Of a stretch of DNA of 32,875 bases, positions 29,601 to 32,875 are shown in pieces. How positions within the stretch are numbered: the stretch's first letter is position 1; each line of letters opens with the position of its first letter. Source of the stretch: a virus. Taxonomy: Duplodnaviria > Heunggongvirae > Uroviricota > Caudoviricetes. The position numbers were made by a program, and so were the translations under genes. The DNA is taken from the IMG/VR virus record IMGVR_UViG_2859827302_000004, one strand, 5' to 3'. The notes under the pieces are model-generated. The model searched no databases and was not told where the DNA came from. It saw only the letters and a program-made list of their open reading frames with translations.

Positions 29601-30105
29601 TAACGTGAACGCGAACTCCGGGACGCTCAACAACGTCACGATTAATAAGAACTGTCGGGTTCTGGGAAAATTGTCCGCGAACCAGATTGAAGGCGATCTC
29701 GTTAAAACAGTGGGCAAACCTTTCCCACGGGACTCCCGGGCACCGGAGAGGTGGCCATCAGGGACCATTACCGTCAGGGTTTATGACGATCAGCCGTTTG
29801 ATCGGCAAATTGTTATTCCCGCGGTGGCGTTTCGCGGTGCTAAACATGAGCGGAAGAATAACAATATTTATTCGTCATGCCGCCTGATAGTGAAGAAAAA
29901 CGGTGCTGAAATTTATAACCGAACGACCCTGGATAATACGCTGATATATACGGGTGTTATTGATATGCCTGCCGGTCACGGTCACATGACGCTGGAGTTT
30001 TCTGTATCGGCATGGCTGGTAAATGGCTGGTATCCCACAGCAAGTATCAGCGATTTGCTGGTTGTTGTGATGAAGAAAGCCACTGCAGGCATCACGATTA
30101 GCTGA
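26627..30105 (+). pseudogene. J: Lambda-like tail tip / host-specificity protein J, frameshifted
   Basis: Track ORFs 26627-29002 (791 aa) and 28999-30105 (368 aa) are the two parts; frame changes between ASINI and GHDYYFY, consistent with one missing base near 28965-28970. Confidence 0.8.
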
Positions 30106-30123
30106 ATTTTATAACCCAGATAC

Positions 30124-30150
30124 GGGCACCAGAAATGGTGCCTTTTTTAT
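30124..30150 (+). terminator. Intrinsic terminator after J
   Basis: GGGCACC-AGAAAT-GGTGCC followed by TTTTTTATT. Confidence 0.5.
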
Positions 30151-30172
30151 TGCAGAAAAGCGAGAGGTAATT

Positions 30173-30772
30173 ATGCGTAAAGTTTGTGCAGCCATTTTGT
30201 CCGCAGCCATCTGTCTGGCTGTATCCGGTGCGCCTGCATGGGCGTCTGAACATCAGTCCACGCTGAGCGCCGGGTATCTTCAGCCCCATACTGATATGCC
30301 AGGCAGCGATGACCTGAAGGGCATTAACGTGAAATACCGTTATGAGTTTACGGACACGCTGGGGCTGGTGACGTCATTCAGCTATGCCAACGCTGAAGAT
30401 GAGCAAAAAACGCATTACAGCGATACCCGCTGGCATGAGGATTCCGTGCGTAACCGCTGGTTCAGCGTGATGGCGGGGCCGTCTGTGCGCGTGAATGAAT
30501 GGTTCAGCGCGTATGCGATGGCGGGCGTGGCTTACAGCCGTGTGTCGACCTTCTCCGGGGATTATCTCCGCGTAACTGACAACAAGGGGAGAACGCACGA
30601 CGTGCTGACCGGAAGTGATGACGGTCGCCACAGCAATACCTCTCTGGCGTGGGGGGCTGGCGTGCAGTTTAACCCGACCGAATCCGTGGCCATTGACCTT
30701 GCTTATGAAGGTTCCGGCAGTGGCGACTGGCGCACTGACGGTTTCATCGTGGGTGTCGGTTATAAGTTCTGA
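30173..30772 (+). CDS. lom: Lom-like outer-membrane protein (Ail/Lom family)
   Basis: 199 aa with signal peptide MRKVCAAILSAAICLAVSGAPAWA and C-terminal ...GYKF; sits between J and stf as lom does in lambda. Confidence 0.8.
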   Translation: MRKVCAAILSAAICLAVSGAPAWASEHQSTLSAGYLQPHTDMPGSDDLKGINVKYRYEFTDTLGLVTSFSYANAEDEQKTHYSDTRWHEDSVRNRWFSVMAGPSVRVNEWFSAYAMAGVAYSRVSTFSGDYLRVTDNKGRTHDVLTGSDDGRHSNTSLAWGAGVQFNPTESVAIDLAYEGSGSGDWRTDGFIVGVGYKF

Positions 30773-30799
30773 TTAGCCAGGTAACACAGTGTTATGACA

Positions 30800-30825
30800 G
30801 CCCGCTGGTTCAGGCGGGCTTTTTG
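30800..30825 (+). terminator. Intrinsic terminator after lom
   Basis: GCCCGCTGG-TTCA-GGCGGGC followed by TTTTTGT. Confidence 0.5.
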
Positions 30826-30835
30826 TGGGGTGAAT

Positions 30836-32122
30836 ATGGCAGTAAAGATTTCAGGTGTACTGAAAGATGGGGCGGGTAAACCTGTCGTAAATTGTGCGAT
30901 TGAACTGCGGGCCAGAAGAACCAGTCCGACCGTTGTGGCACACGTTGTTGCCACTTGCGTGACGGACAATAACGGTGCTTATGTGATTGAGGCTGAGCCG
31001 GGGTATTACGAGGTTGCGCTTCACTGTAACGGCTGGCAGCCAACCCGTGTCGGGGATATTGATGTGGCACCGACTGATGCACCGGGGACACTGAACGCGT
31101 TTCTGAATGCACCAAAGGATGGTGATTTACGTCCGGAGGTGATGAAGCGCTTTGAGGAAATGGTGGCGCAGGCGCAGCAGAGTGCCGGGGCTGCAGCCGG
31201 AAACGCACAGCAGACGGCGCAGGATGTGGCGGCAGCCGCAACGGCCCGTGATGATGCACAACGTTTTGCGGAGAAAGCCCGACAGGATGCAACCGTCACA
31301 GCTGAGGACAGAAAGGCCACTGCGGAAGATGTGACAAGCACAGGAGCAAATGCAGCAGCAGGCGAAAAGGCACAACAGAAGTCCCGGGATAATCTGGGGC
31401 TGAAAAGTGCGGCCACGATGGAAGCACAGAGCGACATTTACGATCGGACAAAAGGCCGTCTGGCGATACCCGGCGCATTCGGCTTTGGGTGTGCTTTTCT
31501 GCCTGAAGATGTTATCCGTTTTGACACTAAGAGTGATTTCCTGGCCTGGGTAAGGAATGCGCTGCCAGGTGAGTATTCCGTTGCTGGCCGCCTGGGCATC
31601 ATACCCGACACACGGTTTGAAGGGGTGCTCAGCATCCGGTGGACTGATGCACGCCCTGAGACAACAGAACCGCGGTACAGAGCCAAATCCCTTACTTTTT
31701 ACGGCATTAACGGCCCCATTTATCACCCCCGCTACTGCTACTGGCCCATATCCAGACTGACTGGCTGGGTGAAAATAAATATAACCACAGAAGATATTAT
31801 TTACAGAATCGTGGCGAGCTCTGTCCGCAACAGATGGGGAGACCCTGACATTGGCGGGCTGATTATTGCTGCGTACCAGGGAGAAGCTGACGGTGATAAA
31901 GTCATCAGACTTGTCAGGGGGCAGTCATACAGAGGCTCACGACTGGGACCGGTGGGGATTTCAGTGCCCAGTACTCCCACCGGAACGTATATAGCATCCC
32001 CACAATTTTTCATTACGGGATGTTCAGAGCATTCATTACCGGGGTCATATTGCGCCCTGTCCGGGGTGCCGGATGCACATGTCTCTGGCGCAATGCCCGG
32101 GCTTTTTATTCGCACATCGTGA
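30836..32122 (+). CDS. stf: Side tail fibre protein (Stf-like)
   Basis: ATG at 30836 (track ORF starts at 30794 inside the lom terminator); N-terminus MAVKISGVLKDGAGKPV as in lambda Stf; Ala/Gln-rich central region. Confidence 0.8.
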   Translation: MAVKISGVLKDGAGKPVVNCAIELRARRTSPTVVAHVVATCVTDNNGAYVIEAEPGYYEVALHCNGWQPTRVGDIDVAPTDAPGTLNAFLNAPKDGDLRPEVMKRFEEMVAQAQQSAGAAAGNAQQTAQDVAAAATARDDAQRFAEKARQDATVTAEDRKATAEDVTSTGANAAAGEKAQQKSRDNLGLKSAATMEAQSDIYDRTKGRLAIPGAFGFGCAFLPEDVIRFDTKSDFLAWVRNALPGEYSVAGRLGIIPDTRFEGVLSIRWTDARPETTEPRYRAKSLTFYGINGPIYHPRYCYWPISRLTGWVKINITTEDIIYRIVASSVRNRWGDPDIGGLIIAAYQGEADGDKVIRLVRGQSYRGSRLGPVGISVPSTPTGTYIASPQFFITGCSEHSLPGSYCALSGVPDAHVSGAMPGLFIRTS

Positions 32123-32132
32123 GGAATGCACC

Positions 32133-32696
32133 GTGGAAATTAAAAAAATCATTAATCCCCGTTATACCGAAAGTGGCGCAGTAGACTGTGACGTTTTTTT
32201 TGACGACAGGGACCAGGCAGTCCCCTACACAGCCACCGCTGATGATGTCGCTCCGACGGGTCAGCAAATCTGGCAGGAACTGCAAAGCGGCAAATGGGGT
32301 GAGATAGCCCCATTCACTGTGACACCAGAAATGCTGGAAGCGGCCAGAGAGGCCAGACGTCAGGAAATTGAAGCATGGCGCGCAGAACAGGAGGCGAAGC
32401 CGTTCACGTTTGAATGGAACGGTCGTATCTGGAATGCTGGTCCCGACTCACTGGGCCGCCTGTCCCCGGTAGTCATGCTGGCAAAATCTGTCACAGCACA
32501 AACACATATGGCGTGGAGCGATGCCGATAATCAGCAGGTGAAACTGTCGATGCCGGAACTGGAAGAACTGGCGGCAGCAATGGTGCAGGCGCAGGTCGAT
32601 CGCAACGATGAGATTTATCGCCGTCAGCGTGAAATGAAAGAGGAGCTGAGCGGTCTGGATGATTTGGCTTCAATTCGGGCGTTTGACGTTGAGTAA
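32133..32696 (+). CDS. tfa: Tail fibre assembly protein (Tfa-like)
   Basis: ORF directly downstream of stf in its frame; probable GTG start at 32133. Confidence 0.6.
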   Translation: MEIKKIINPRYTESGAVDCDVFFDDRDQAVPYTATADDVAPTGQQIWQELQSGKWGEIAPFTVTPEMLEAAREARRQEIEAWRAEQEAKPFTFEWNGRIWNAGPDSLGRLSPVVMLAKSVTAQTHMAWSDADNQQVKLSMPELEELAAAMVQAQVDRNDEIYRRQREMKEELSGLDDLASIRAFDVE

Positions 32697-32813
32697 TGAA
32701 TAAGCCGCAACTGGCGGAATCACAGAAGACCGCTTTGCTTACCGAAGCGGAGTCTGTCATCCGGCCGCGGGGGCGTGCTGTCAGGCTGAACAGGGAAACG
32801 GATGAATCCGGGG

Positions 32814-32839
32814 AGGCCCGGGGGCGGGCCTCTGTTTTT
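32814..32839 (+). terminator. Intrinsic terminator after tfa
   Basis: GAGGCCCG-GGG-CGGGCCTC followed by TGTTTTT. Confidence 0.5.
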
Positions 32840-32875
32840 CCGGAGTCAGTCCGGTCTGTGGTTTATGCGATGTGA

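Noticed and set aside
30810-31726. Minus-strand ORFs of 160, 138 and 199 aa
   Set aside because: Antisense frames through the Ala/Gln-rich stf region; low-complexity artefacts
32696-32875. 59-codon ORF after tfa (MNKPQLAESQ...)
   Set aside because: Contains the terminator-like hairpin at 32814-32839; more likely non-coding 3' region
1-32875. tRNA, rRNA or prophage attachment sites
   Set aside because: No cloverleaf-like or rRNA-like sequence recognised by eye; prophage ends not identifiable because both remnants are truncated by IS elements or the window edge

Overview
IS-riddled Enterobacteriaceae (Escherichia coli / Shigella-type) chromosomal segment, read by eye from the sequence and the supplied ORF track; no database search was possible. 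Left to right: a hok-like type I toxin gene; IS2; an Ogr/Delta-type zinc-finger gene whose 3' end is hit by IS2; IS1; a low-GC cargo cassette on the minus strand (367-aa ORF, 332-aa ORF, IS600, and a 4-TM membrane-protein ORF split by IS1); a P2-type gpD tail gene (nonsense codon plus IS1); an intact P2-type sheath gene and a truncated tube gene; core genes yneE and tam (tam start removed by IS4); an acidic hypothetical ORF; a nest of IS66-family elements; a second IS600; and a decaying lambda-like tail module (H fragment, M, L, K, I with an amber stop, J with a frameshift, lom, stf, tfa). No rRNA, tRNA or CRISPR array was seen. The most interesting feature is the low-GC cassette sitting between gpD and ogr, where phage P2 has only a short spacer. 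The three ORF pieces 8004-7719, 6950-6212 and 4946-3945 stay in one frame once IS1 and IS600 are conceptually removed, implying a single ~670-aa membrane-anchored protein followed by a translationally coupled 367-aa partner. I cannot assign either protein to a family I know; the context suggests a prophage-borne accessory (possibly anti-phage) module, now insertionally inactivated.
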